Assembly: GCA_030632085.1 (NCBI GenBank)
Contig: DAOVJY010000002.1
Span: 77,325 to 141,324, forward strand
Reading direction: 5' to 3'
DNA length: 64,000 bases
Source of the DNA: Candidatus Omnitrophota bacterium
Lineage (GTDB): Bacteria; Omnitrophota; Gorgyraeia; JAGLLT01
Shown here: positions 26,560-35,045 of the stretch, piece by piece
Layout: each line of letters begins with the position of its first letter
How positions within the stretch are numbered: the first letter of the stretch is position 1
The notes under the pieces: generated by a model
The model's database searches: none
Told to the model about the DNA's origin: nothing
The model's input: only the letters and a program-made list of their open reading frames with translations
Translations under genes and position numbers: made by a program

Positions 26560-27432
26560 ATGTTGAATTTAAAGGTTAATGCTTTAAGAGATATCAAAAA
26601 TGATGTTGTTGAGGTTTTAGAAAAAGCTGAAGTAGAAGGGTGCTTAGAGGAGGCCGAAATACTAATTTGCGAAGCTTTTAATATTAATAGGCTTGAAATA
26701 TATGCAGGAGATTATAAGCCAAGCGCGAATCAGTTAAAGAAGTTATCAGCTTGGTTGCAGAAAAGATGCCAACATATACCATTAGGATATGTTATTAATA
26801 AAGCTTTTTTCTATGGAAATGAATTTTACGTTGATGAGGGTGTTCTTATTCCCAGATGCGAAACGGAAGTGTTAGTGGACTCTGTGCTTAACCTCTTTAA
26901 AGACAAAGGGTTAAGCGAAAAAATGATCGTAGATATAGGTACAGGATGTGGAAATATAGCTATTTCATTGACAAAACACCTAAGTAGTTGTAAAATAATG
27001 GCTACCGATATTTGTCCTAAAGCCATATCTGTCGCAAAGAAAAACGTAAATAAATTCGGTTTAGAGGCAAATATTGCTCTTTTACAAGGTGATTTATTTG
27101 AATCTCTTGAAAATTACAGAGGTAAAATTGATGCTATCGTATCTAACCCGCCATATATAAGTCAGGTTGAGATGGATGTTCTCTCGAAAGATGTAAAACA
27201 TGAGCCGTATATAAGTCTTTATGGCGGTAGAAACGGCCTGGATTTTTATGAAAGATTTTTTCAGGAGGCGGCCGATTATTTAACTGACGATGGCCTTATT
27301 TTTTTTGAAATAGGATGTAAGCAAGGCAATGCCGCGCGCGCTTTATGTGAAGCGTCAAGCAGCTTCAGTTTTTTAAAAATTATAAAAGATTATAGGCAGC
27401 TTGATAGAGTTATTTGTTGTAGAAAGAATTAA
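26560..27432 (+). CDS. prmC: Release factor glutamine methyltransferase
   Basis: VLIPRCETE, DIGTGCG, SNPPY. Confidence 0.95.
   Translation: MLNLKVNALRDIKNDVVEVLEKAEVEGCLEEAEILICEAFNINRLEIYAGDYKPSANQLKKLSAWLQKRCQHIPLGYVINKAFFYGNEFYVDEGVLIPRCETEVLVDSVLNLFKDKGLSEKMIVDIGTGCGNIAISLTKHLSSCKIMATDICPKAISVAKKNVNKFGLEANIALLQGDLFESLENYRGKIDAIVSNPPYISQVEMDVLSKDVKHEPYISLYGGRNGLDFYERFFQEAADYLTDDGLIFFEIGCKQGNAARALCEASSSFSFLKIIKDYRQLDRVICCRKN
26968..26996 (+). promoter_or_regulatory. Near-consensus promoter embedded in prmC
   Basis: TTGACA-17 nt-TAAAAT inside the codons for LTKHLSSCKI. Confidence 0.5.
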
Positions 27433-27440
27433 AGATATCT

Positions 27441-28703
27441 ATGGATAAAATACTGATTAATGGCGGCAAACCGCTAAAAGGTGAAGTAACTATAAGCGGC
27501 GCTAAGAATGCTGTGCTGCCTATATTGGCGGCAACGTTACTGACTGAAGAGAAGTGTACTATAAACAATGTGCCGCAAGTGGTTGATGTTCGTACTTTGA
27601 TAAAAATACTGAAATCTCTGGGGCTTAAAATTGTAACTGATAAAGATAAAATAGAAATAACTCCGGGTAATTATAATAATTACACCGCTCCATACGAATT
27701 AGTTAGTACTATGCGGGCTTCAATCTGCGTTTTAGGCCCCCTTTTAGCTAAACTTAAAAGAGCTAAAGTTTCCATTCCCGGAGGTTGCGTTATCGGCTTA
27801 AGGCCGATAGACCTCCATCTGAAGGGACTAAAGAGCCTCGGAGCCGATATTGAATTTAAGCATGGTTATATTGACGCTAAAACCAAGAAATTACAAGGAA
27901 ACAATATTTATTTAGGCGGCTCTTTCGGATCAAGCGTATTAGCTACAGCTAATATTATGATGGCAGCTGTTTTGGCCGAGGGGCAAACAGTTATTGAGAA
28001 TGCCGCCTGCGAACCCGAAATTGTAGACCTGGCAAAGTTCTTAATAAAAATGGGAGCTAATATCACGGGCCACAGTTCACCTATGATAGTAATAGAAGGT
28101 GTAAAAAAACTTCACGGGGCGGAACATACGGTAATCGGTGATAGAATTGAAGCCGGGACATATATGATAGCCGCCGCTATGACTAAAGGTGAAGTTATTT
28201 TAAAAAATAGTTGTTTAGCTCATCTCGGTGTAGTTATTGATAAATTAAGAGAAGCCGGGGTAAATGTTGATAAAGCGGATGGTATTATCAAGGTGAGTAG
28301 AAATGCTGAATTAAGGCCTATTGATGTAACCACTTTGCCTTATCCGGGTTTTCCAACCGACTTACAGGCTCAGATGACAGCTTTTTTGTCTATGGCTAAC
28401 GGTATAAGTGTTATAACCGAGAAAATATATCCCAGCCGCTTTATTCATGTAAGTGAATTAAACCGAATGGGAGCTGATATATTTATTGAAGGGCCCAGCG
28501 CTATTATAAGAGGAGTTAAGTCTTTAAGTGGTGCTCCGGTAATGGCATCGGATTTAAGAGCATCCGCCGCATTGATATTAGCTGGATTGGCTGCTGAAGG
28601 TTCTTCGGAAATATCAAGAGTTTACCATCTAGATAGAGGATATGAAAGAATAGAGAAAAAACTCTCAAAACTGGGAGCGGATATAAAAAGAGTTAAAAGT
28701 TAA
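27441..28703 (+). CDS. murA: UDP-N-acetylglucosamine 1-carboxyvinyltransferase
   Basis: SGAKNA, MRAS, PGGCVIGLRPIDLH, PGFPTDLQ, DLRA, DRGY. Confidence 0.98.
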   Translation: MDKILINGGKPLKGEVTISGAKNAVLPILAATLLTEEKCTINNVPQVVDVRTLIKILKSLGLKIVTDKDKIEITPGNYNNYTAPYELVSTMRASICVLGPLLAKLKRAKVSIPGGCVIGLRPIDLHLKGLKSLGADIEFKHGYIDAKTKKLQGNNIYLGGSFGSSVLATANIMMAAVLAEGQTVIENAACEPEIVDLAKFLIKMGANITGHSSPMIVIEGVKKLHGAEHTVIGDRIEAGTYMIAAAMTKGEVILKNSCLAHLGVVIDKLREAGVNVDKADGIIKVSRNAELRPIDVTTLPYPGFPTDLQAQMTAFLSMANGISVITEKIYPSRFIHVSELNRMGADIFIEGPSAIIRGVKSLSGAPVMASDLRASAALILAGLAAEGSSEISRVYHLDRGYERIEKKLSKLGADIKRVKS

Positions 28704-28728
28704 TTCTCCGCCTAAGGCGGATCATTAA
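28700..28728 (-). repeat. Minimal copy of the dispersed structured element
   Basis: TTAATTC TCCGCC TAA GGCGGA TCATTAA; overlaps murA stop and abuts rpsP RBS. Confidence 0.65.
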
Positions 28729-28748
28729 AAAAAGGAGTATGATTTAAA

Positions 28749-28991
28749 ATGGCGGTAAAAATAAGATTAAAAAGAATTGGTTCAAAGAAAAGAGCTTTTT
28801 ATCGAGTTGTAGTTACTGATGAAAGAACAACCAGAGACGGTAGGGTTATTGAAGAGTTGGGAAGTTATGATCCAAACCAGACTTCTCAAAAGGTAGCTAT
28901 TAATATAGAAAGAGCTAAGTATTGGGTTGGAAAAGGCGCTGTTGCCACTAAGACTGTAGGTAATATTTTAAAGTCTCAAAACGTTCTTTAA
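28749..28991 (+). CDS. rpsP: 30S ribosomal protein S16
   Basis: MAVKIRLKRIG, FYRVVV, RDGRVIEELGSYDP. Confidence 0.97.
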   Translation: MAVKIRLKRIGSKKRAFYRVVVTDERTTRDGRVIEELGSYDPNQTSQKVAINIERAKYWVGKGAVATKTVGNILKSQNVL

Positions 28992-28996
28992 TATAT

Positions 28997-29704
28997 ATGT
29001 TGCAAATTGATGTAGTAACTATTTTCCCGGAAATATTTAAAGCGGTTGTAAGCGAAAGCATAATTAAGCGCGCGCAGGAAAAGAAAAAAGTCGCGATTAA
29101 TATTCATAATTTGAGAGATTACGCGGATAACCGTCATAAAAAAGTGGACGATAGGCCATTTGGAGGCGGCCCCGGGATGGTAATAAGTCCGGTTCCGGTC
29201 TTTAAGGCTGTAAAAAAAATTAAGGGAAGAAGTAAAGCGGCCAAAGTAATACTTTTGACTCCTCAGGGGAAAAAATTAGACCAGAAGAAAGTTCAGTTGT
29301 TATCAATTGAAAAAAGGTTGATTTTTTTATGTCCGCATTATGAGGGTATAGATGAAAGGGTCAGGCAAGAATTGGTTGATGAGGAAATATCTATTGGAGA
29401 TTATATTCTTACCGGCGGAGAGTTACCGGCGCTAGTTATTATAGATTCAGTTGTGCGTTTATTGCCGGGAGTTTTAGGTGATGAGGATTCCATAAAATCG
29501 GAGTCATTTGCAGATAATTTACTTGAATATCCTCATTACACACGTCCGGCAGACTTAAAAGGTATGAATGTACCGGAAGTATTGCTTTGCGGTAATCACA
29601 AGAAGATAGAACAGTGGAGAAGACAGCAATCAATATCCAAAACCAGAAATAAAAGGATGGATTTATACAATAAATATTTAAAAGAAAATAAGAGTAATAA
29701 ATAA
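28997..29704 (+). CDS. trmD: tRNA (guanine37-N1)-methyltransferase
   Basis: VDDRPFGGGPGM, YEGIDER, SIGDYILTGGE, YPHYTRP. Confidence 0.97.
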   Translation: MLQIDVVTIFPEIFKAVVSESIIKRAQEKKKVAINIHNLRDYADNRHKKVDDRPFGGGPGMVISPVPVFKAVKKIKGRSKAAKVILLTPQGKKLDQKKVQLLSIEKRLIFLCPHYEGIDERVRQELVDEEISIGDYILTGGELPALVIIDSVVRLLPGVLGDEDSIKSESFADNLLEYPHYTRPADLKGMNVPEVLLCGNHKKIEQWRRQQSISKTRNKRMDLYNKYLKENKSNK

Positions 29705-29723
29705 TTATCAAGGAGGCCAAAAA

Positions 29724-30071
29724 ATGAACAAAGTACAATTAATTGAAAAAAAACAATTAAGAGATGATATGCCCCAATTTAAGGCGGGAGATTCTCTTAA
29801 GGTGCATGTACGAATTAAAGAAGATGAAAAGGAGCGTTTACAGATATTTGAAGGTATTGTTTTGGGAGTGAAAGGTGTCGGTATAAAGAAGACTTTCACT
29901 ATTCGTAAAATTTCTTATGGGGTGGGAGTTGAGAGGACTTTTCCTCTGCATTCACCGAATTTAAAGAAAATTGAACTAATTAAAAAGAGTAAAATGAAAC
30001 GCGCCAAATTCTACTATCTAAGAGATAGGGCGAGTAAGAAATTTAAAGTAGAAGAAGAAAGAAGCCGATAG
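29724..30071 (+). CDS. rplS: 50S ribosomal protein L19
   Basis: RLQIFEG, FTIRKISYGVGVERTFPLHSP, RAKFYYLR. Confidence 0.97.
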   Translation: MNKVQLIEKKQLRDDMPQFKAGDSLKVHVRIKEDEKERLQIFEGIVLGVKGVGIKKTFTIRKISYGVGVERTFPLHSPNLKKIELIKKSKMKRAKFYYLRDRASKKFKVEEERSR

Positions 30072-30190
30072 GTTTTAATATTTTTTAAATTTTTTGATTA
30101 ATTATTATTACTTTTTTAATGCAACCCGAGTCTTGATTCTAGTTACAGGTCAGTTTTTTAAGATTAGATTTATAACCTTTTAATCAAAAG

Positions 30191-30793
30191 ATGTATATAA
30201 AAAAAGCTGTACAAACATATTTAAATGATCTTTCATCCAAAAAGCCGACTCCGGGCGGAGGCAGCGCGGCCGCGCTTGTGGGAGCAAACGGCGCGGCTTT
30301 AATATTAATGGTAGCTGAATTTTCTCGAAAAAATCAACAAGTCGCGGCCGTCATGAGGGAAGCTAAAAAGATTAAGACAGATTTAGCGGCCTTTGTAGAC
30401 ATAGATGTTAAAGAATATAAAAAAGTCGCTTTAGCGTACAAAAAACCTACCGGAACCGCTGCTCAGATAATATCCAGAAAACGTATTATTTCACAAGCAT
30501 TAATTTCAGCTTTAAAAGTATCTGAAGACATTTGTAATCTTTGCTTTAAGGGGATAAGATTGAGTAAGAGACTTGTGAAAATAGGCAATACAAATTTAAT
30601 AACAGATACCGCTATTAGCGCGTTCTTTTTTGAGGCCGCTTTTAGAAGTTCTTTTTATAACATTAAAATAAACTTAAAATGCTTAAAAGATAAAAGGCTT
30701 GCTCAGGCAAAAATTGCAAAATATAAAAAGCTGGAAAAACAAATAAGAAAATTAAGAGAAGAAACACTAAAAAACGTGGATAAATATCTATGA
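30191..30793 (+). CDS. Cyclodeaminase/cyclohydrolase (FTCD_C, FchA-like methenyl-THF cyclohydrolase)
   Basis: LSSKKPTPGGGSAAAL, GNTNLITD, NIKIN; overlaps folD start. Confidence 0.85.
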   Translation: MYIKKAVQTYLNDLSSKKPTPGGGSAAALVGANGAALILMVAEFSRKNQQVAAVMREAKKIKTDLAAFVDIDVKEYKKVALAYKKPTGTAAQIISRKRIISQALISALKVSEDICNLCFKGIRLSKRLVKIGNTNLITDTAISAFFFEAAFRSSFYNIKINLKCLKDKRLAQAKIAKYKKLEKQIRKLREETLKNVDKYL

Positions 30794-31692
30794 GCGCGAA
30801 AATATTAGATGGCAAAACTATTGCCGCTGAGATAAAAGGTGAATTAAAAAAAGAAGTAGCCGGCCTGAAAGAGGAATTTAACTCTTCAATAAAGCTTGTT
30901 TCTCTACAGGTTGGCAATAATGGCGGCATAGAAAGTTATCTAAAATCGCAAAAGGACTTAGCAGCCGACCTGGGGATTGATTTTGAGGCTATGTCTTTAG
31001 GCGAGGCAACCGATAGCCAAACATTGCTTAAGCATATTAGAGATCTTAATGAGAACAAGAATGTCAACGCTGTAATCTTGCAGAGGCCGTTACCCGATAA
31101 ACTTGATTCTCAGGAGAAGGAAGAGAAATTAGCTTTTGAGCAGCAAATATCAGCGGATAAAGATGCCGAAGGGTTACATTTAAAAAATTTAGGCAGTCTT
31201 TTCTATGAGACAAAATTGAAGCAATGTCTTTGGGGGAAAATTGCTCCATGTACCGCTCAGGCTGTAATGGAGATTATTAGGTCAACCGCACTGGGAGTCC
31301 GCGGTAAAGAAGCGGTTATAATTGGACACAGTAAGATAATTGGAAAACCTTTATCATTAATGCTTCTTAATGATTTTGCGACCACAACCGTGTGTCATAT
31401 TGCCACTAAAGATATTAAAAGCCATGTGGAAAAAGCCGATATTTTAATAAGCGCCGTAGGTAAACCGGGACTTATAAAGGGCGCTTGGGTAAAGGAAAAT
31501 TCTATTGTTATAGATGTGGGAACGGCCAGGGTTGACGGCCGCCTAAAAGGTGATGTAGAATTTGAAGAAGCAAAAGAAAGAGCCGCTTATATTACTCCCG
31601 TTCCCGGAGGAGTTGGCCCCCTAACTACCGCTATGTTAATGAAAAACGTTGTAAGATTGTTTGCAAATAATTATGATAAGAAAAATATCTGA
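30790..31692 (+). CDS. folD: Methylene-THF dehydrogenase (FolD family, probably monofunctional)
   Basis: ILDGK, QRPLP, KDAEG, PCTA, VIDVG, TPVPGGVGPLT; YxxxK motif reads YLKSQ. Confidence 0.93.
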   Translation: MSAKILDGKTIAAEIKGELKKEVAGLKEEFNSSIKLVSLQVGNNGGIESYLKSQKDLAADLGIDFEAMSLGEATDSQTLLKHIRDLNENKNVNAVILQRPLPDKLDSQEKEEKLAFEQQISADKDAEGLHLKNLGSLFYETKLKQCLWGKIAPCTAQAVMEIIRSTALGVRGKEAVIIGHSKIIGKPLSLMLLNDFATTTVCHIATKDIKSHVEKADILISAVGKPGLIKGAWVKENSIVIDVGTARVDGRLKGDVEFEEAKERAAYITPVPGGVGPLTTAMLMKNVVRLFANNYDKKNI

Positions 31693-32554
31693 TATATTCA
31701 AAGAAAAAGAAAAAACTCTTGGGTTTGAATTTTTTCCTCCCAAGACTCCTAAGGGCTTGTTGAAGCTTTATGAAACCGCGCATTTATTAAAGGATTTACA
31801 ACCTGATTATTGTTCGGTTACATATGGAGCGGGGGGTAACACAAAAGATAAAACTATGGAAGTTGTAGATGAACTGCAAAAGCGTTTTGGTTTGCCGGTG
31901 ATGCATCACTTAACTTGCAATCGTCATAGCATATCTGAAATTAAACAAATATTAAACCGTATGCAGGAAAGAAACATCCGCAATGTTTTAGCTTTATATG
32001 GAGATTTACCGCAAGATGAAAGCATTTGTCTCGAAGATAAGAAAGAGATAAAATATTGTTATGAGTTGTGTAAAATTTTAAAATCACGCGGTGATTATTT
32101 TTGTGTCGCTGTTGCCGGCTTTCCTTATGGACATATAAATTCCCCCGATAGGGATACTGATATTGAATATCTTAAAATAAAACTTGAATCCGGAGGGGAT
32201 TTTGTTATTACTCAGTTGTTTTTTGATAACGCGGTATATTTTGAGTATATTGAAAAATTAAGAAGAGCTAAGATACAAACCAGGGTTATCCCCGGCATTT
32301 TGCCCATAGTAAATTATGAAAAAATGCTTAAATTCTGCGCTGATTGCGAAGTAGTTGTTCCTAAAGAAGTGCATGAAATATTTAAGCCTATCACTCAAGA
32401 TGAAGAAGCTACTCGAAAAGCCGGTGTGGACTTTGCTGTTAAGCAATGCAGGGAGTTGCTTAATAAGGGAGCTCCCGGATTACATTTCTTTACTCTTAAT
32501 AAGGCGGATCCTGTCAGAGAAATTATAATACAGTTAAGAGAGGATAAATCATAA
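31673..32554 (+). CDS. metF: 5,10-methylenetetrahydrofolate reductase
   Basis: FEFFPPK, SVTYGAGG, HLTC, ITQLFFD, GLHFFTLN. Confidence 0.95.
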   Translation: MIRKISDIFKEKEKTLGFEFFPPKTPKGLLKLYETAHLLKDLQPDYCSVTYGAGGNTKDKTMEVVDELQKRFGLPVMHHLTCNRHSISEIKQILNRMQERNIRNVLALYGDLPQDESICLEDKKEIKYCYELCKILKSRGDYFCVAVAGFPYGHINSPDRDTDIEYLKIKLESGGDFVITQLFFDNAVYFEYIEKLRRAKIQTRVIPGILPIVNYEKMLKFCADCEVVVPKEVHEIFKPITQDEEATRKAGVDFAVKQCRELLNKGAPGLHFFTLNKADPVREIIIQLREDKS

Positions 32555-32563
32555 TATTTTCTT

Positions 32564-33400
32564 ATGCAAAATAGTAAAATTACATTATCAACCTTAAGGC
32601 AAGCAAAAGAAAGCAAGCGAAAAATAACTATGCTTACCGCTTATAACTATCCGCAAGGCCTTTTAGTGGATGGGGTGGGTATAGATATAATTTTAGTTGG
32701 AGATTCTTTGGGCAATACAGTTTTGGGTTATGAGTCAACAGTCGCGGTTACTATGGATGAAATGCTTCATCATTCGAAAGCTGTAAGGAGAGCTGTCAAA
32801 AATTCCTTTTTGATTGGTGATATGCCTTTCATGTCTTATAATAATACTCGCAAAGAAGCCATAAAGAATGCCGGTAGGTTTCTTAAGGAAGCCGGTTGCG
32901 ATGCTGTAAAGCTTGAGGGCGGAACAGAAGTGGTAAACGCGGTAAAATACATTGTTAAGGCGGGCATTCCCGTGTTGGGGCACTTAGGATTAACTCCTCA
33001 GACAGTATCTATGTTGGGAGGCTATAAAGTTCAAGGTAAAAAAGCTAAAAAGGCCCGTGAAATAATAGAAGCGGCCTTTGCTTTGCAGGAAGCCGGTTGT
33101 TTTGGGTTGGTTTTAGAATGTGTACCCTGGCAGTTAGCAAAAAAAATAACTCAAGAATTAAAAATATTTACGATTGGTATAGGGGCGGGTTCGAATTGCG
33201 ACGGCCAGGTATTAGTGCTCTATGATTTGTTAGGGGTTTCTCTTGGTCACAAACCTTCTTTTGTTAAGCGGTATGCTGACGTTACCTCAGTGGTCACCAA
33301 GGCCATAAATAATTATAAAAAAGATGTTACCTCGGGTAAGTTTCCTTCCAAGAAGCAATCTTTTTCCATGAAGAAAGATGAATGGGAGAAAATATCGTGA
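32564..33400 (+). CDS. panB: 3-methyl-2-oxobutanoate hydroxymethyltransferase
   Basis: MLTAY, LVGDSLG, DMPFMSY, AVKLEGG, GHLGLTPQ, DGQVLV. Confidence 0.97.
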   Translation: MQNSKITLSTLRQAKESKRKITMLTAYNYPQGLLVDGVGIDIILVGDSLGNTVLGYESTVAVTMDEMLHHSKAVRRAVKNSFLIGDMPFMSYNNTRKEAIKNAGRFLKEAGCDAVKLEGGTEVVNAVKYIVKAGIPVLGHLGLTPQTVSMLGGYKVQGKKAKKAREIIEAAFALQEAGCFGLVLECVPWQLAKKITQELKIFTIGIGAGSNCDGQVLVLYDLLGVSLGHKPSFVKRYADVTSVVTKAINNYKKDVTSGKFPSKKQSFSMKKDEWEKIS

Positions 33401-34494
33401 AAGTTAAAAGAGTTTTTGTCGCGGCTACGAAGCAGAATGACGGTAAAACCGCTATAAGTTTAGGGTTAATTTGCGCTTTCGCGCGGGAAAATATCAATGT
33501 AGGGTTTATTAAACCCGTAGGCCAGAGATATTTAATAGAAGATGGCCAGAAGATAGATGAAGACACTCTTTTAATAAGAAATGTTTGCGATTTGCGCGGC
33601 AACTTAAAAGATATGTCCCCGGTTGCAATTGAAAGAGGTTTTACAAAAAAATACATATTGAGTAGTAAAAAAAATAATTTGGAACAATGTGTTAAAAAAG
33701 CCTTTAATAACGTGTCACGAAAAAAAGATTTAGTAGTTATTGAAGGAACGGGGCATGCCGGAGTAGGAAGTATCTTTGATTTATCTAATGCTAAAGTCGC
33801 AAAAGCGTTAAAAAGCAAGGTTGTTCTTGTGGCCGGTGGAGGGGTGGGTAGGCCGGTTGATGAAATAATGTTAAACAAGGCTCTTTTTGATAAACAAAAA
33901 GTAAAAATTGCCGGGGTTATTATTAATAAAGTCTTACCTGAAAAGTATAAAAAGATTAATAAGTTAATTAGAATAGCTTTAAAGAAAAAAGGGCTTAATG
34001 TTCTGGGAGTTATACCATACTATAAGACATTATCTAAACCCACCGTTCAACAGATATTAGATGAAGAGAAGGGCATTAATCTTTTATGCGGCAGGAAGGC
34101 GCTTGAGAATTCGGTTGATAAGATAATTGTTGGCGCGATGGAACCCCATGAAGCTTTAAATTATATAACCGGTAATAGTCTGGTTATAACCCCCGGAGAT
34201 AGAGAAGATATTATTTTAACATGCATAAGCACTCATCTGGCATCTTCAGAGCAAAGTAAGAGTATTTCAGGTATTGTTTTAACCGGCGGCATTAGGCCGC
34301 ATAGGAGTATTATGAATTTAATAAAGAAATCCGGCATACCGGTTTTGCAGGCTAAAGAAGATACGTATACGATAACCTCCAAAATTCATGATTTGATAAT
34401 TAAGGTTAAACCCTGTGATACGGAAAAAATAGAACTTATAAAAAAAATGGTCAAGAATTACGTAGATTTAAAAGCATTATACGCGGCTATGTAG
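33397..34494 (+). CDS. Stand-alone phosphotransacetylase N-terminal-like protein (BioD-like AAA_26 plus DRTGG)
   Basis: QNDGKT, FIKPVGQ, IEGTGHAGVG, ITPGDREDI, LTGG; GTG overlaps panB stop. Confidence 0.85.
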   Translation: MKVKRVFVAATKQNDGKTAISLGLICAFARENINVGFIKPVGQRYLIEDGQKIDEDTLLIRNVCDLRGNLKDMSPVAIERGFTKKYILSSKKNNLEQCVKKAFNNVSRKKDLVVIEGTGHAGVGSIFDLSNAKVAKALKSKVVLVAGGGVGRPVDEIMLNKALFDKQKVKIAGVIINKVLPEKYKKINKLIRIALKKKGLNVLGVIPYYKTLSKPTVQQILDEEKGINLLCGRKALENSVDKIIVGAMEPHEALNYITGNSLVITPGDREDIILTCISTHLASSEQSKSISGIVLTGGIRPHRSIMNLIKKSGIPVLQAKEDTYTITSKIHDLIIKVKPCDTEKIELIKKMVKNYVDLKALYAAM

Positions 34495-34504
34495 TGAATG
34501 ATTA

Positions 34505-34600
34505 TTAGCGTTTAGCCATAAAAGTCATACCCTGGTGGGCACAGGCAAGTTATAAGTCAAAAGTCATAAGACACAAGTAAAAAACAAAAAATAAAAGGCT
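34505..34600 (+). repeat. A-rich 7-nt-periodic tract with nested TACCC-n-GGGCACAGGCAAG motif
   Basis: AAGTTAT AAGTCAA AAGTCAT AAGACAC AAGT units; motif at 34522-34550. Confidence 0.75.
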
Positions 34601-34658
34601 GAGAGTTGCCCGCTAAAAAATAGGATTGAACCTTAGGTGTAAAGTTAGGGATTAAATG

Positions 34659-34693
34659 AAAAAAACCCGCTAAATATTTAGCGGGTTTTTTTT
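34659..34693. terminator. Bidirectional intrinsic terminator
   Basis: A-tract CCCGCTAAAT ATTTAGCGGG T-tract between convergent genes. Confidence 0.88.
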
Positions 34694-34717
34694 GATTAAT
34701 ATCTATAGAAAGTATTT

Positions 34718-34870
34718 TTACTTCTTTTTCTTCGCTGTTTTTTTCTTTACAACTTTCTTTTTTGCAACCTTTTTCTTTACTACTTTTTTCTTAGCTACCT
34801 TTTTCTTTACAACCTTTTTCTTAGCTACCTTTTTCTTTACAACCTTTTTCTTAGCTACTTTTTTTGCCAC
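34718..34870 (-). CDS. Histone H1-like basic peptide (50 aa, VAKKK/VVKKK repeats)
   Basis: GTG start 6 nt after GGAGGTG; own promoter and terminator; synonymous variation among 15-nt repeat units. Confidence 0.8.
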   Translation of the reverse strand: MAKKVAKKKVVKKKVAKKKVVKKKVAKKKVVKKKVAKKKVVKKKTAKKKK

Positions 34871-34916
34871 TTTCTTCACCTCCCTTTTTTTAACTATCCT
34901 TATTGAATTCAAAATA

Positions 34917-34945
34917 AGTATACACTAAAAAATTATGAAAAACAA
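34917..34945 (-). promoter_or_regulatory. Promoter of the H1-like gene
   Basis: - strand TTGTTT-17 nt-TATACT. Confidence 0.6.
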
Positions 34946-34963
34946 GACGACGAGATATTTTTT

Positions 34964-34992
34964 TTGACAATGATTTTTAGATGTCGTATAAT
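34964..34992 (+). promoter_or_regulatory. Consensus sigma70 promoter of rnf operon (divergent from H1-like gene)
   Basis: TTGACA-17 nt-TATAAT. Confidence 0.8.
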
Positions 34993-35045
34993 AAGTACGA
35001 TTAATAGAAAAAATAAAATAATAGTTAATACAAAGGCGTATTATA

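Noticed and set aside
34692-34928. Phe/Thr-rich + strand ORF
   Set aside because: Antisense shadow of the H1-like gene, which has the promoter, RBS and terminator.
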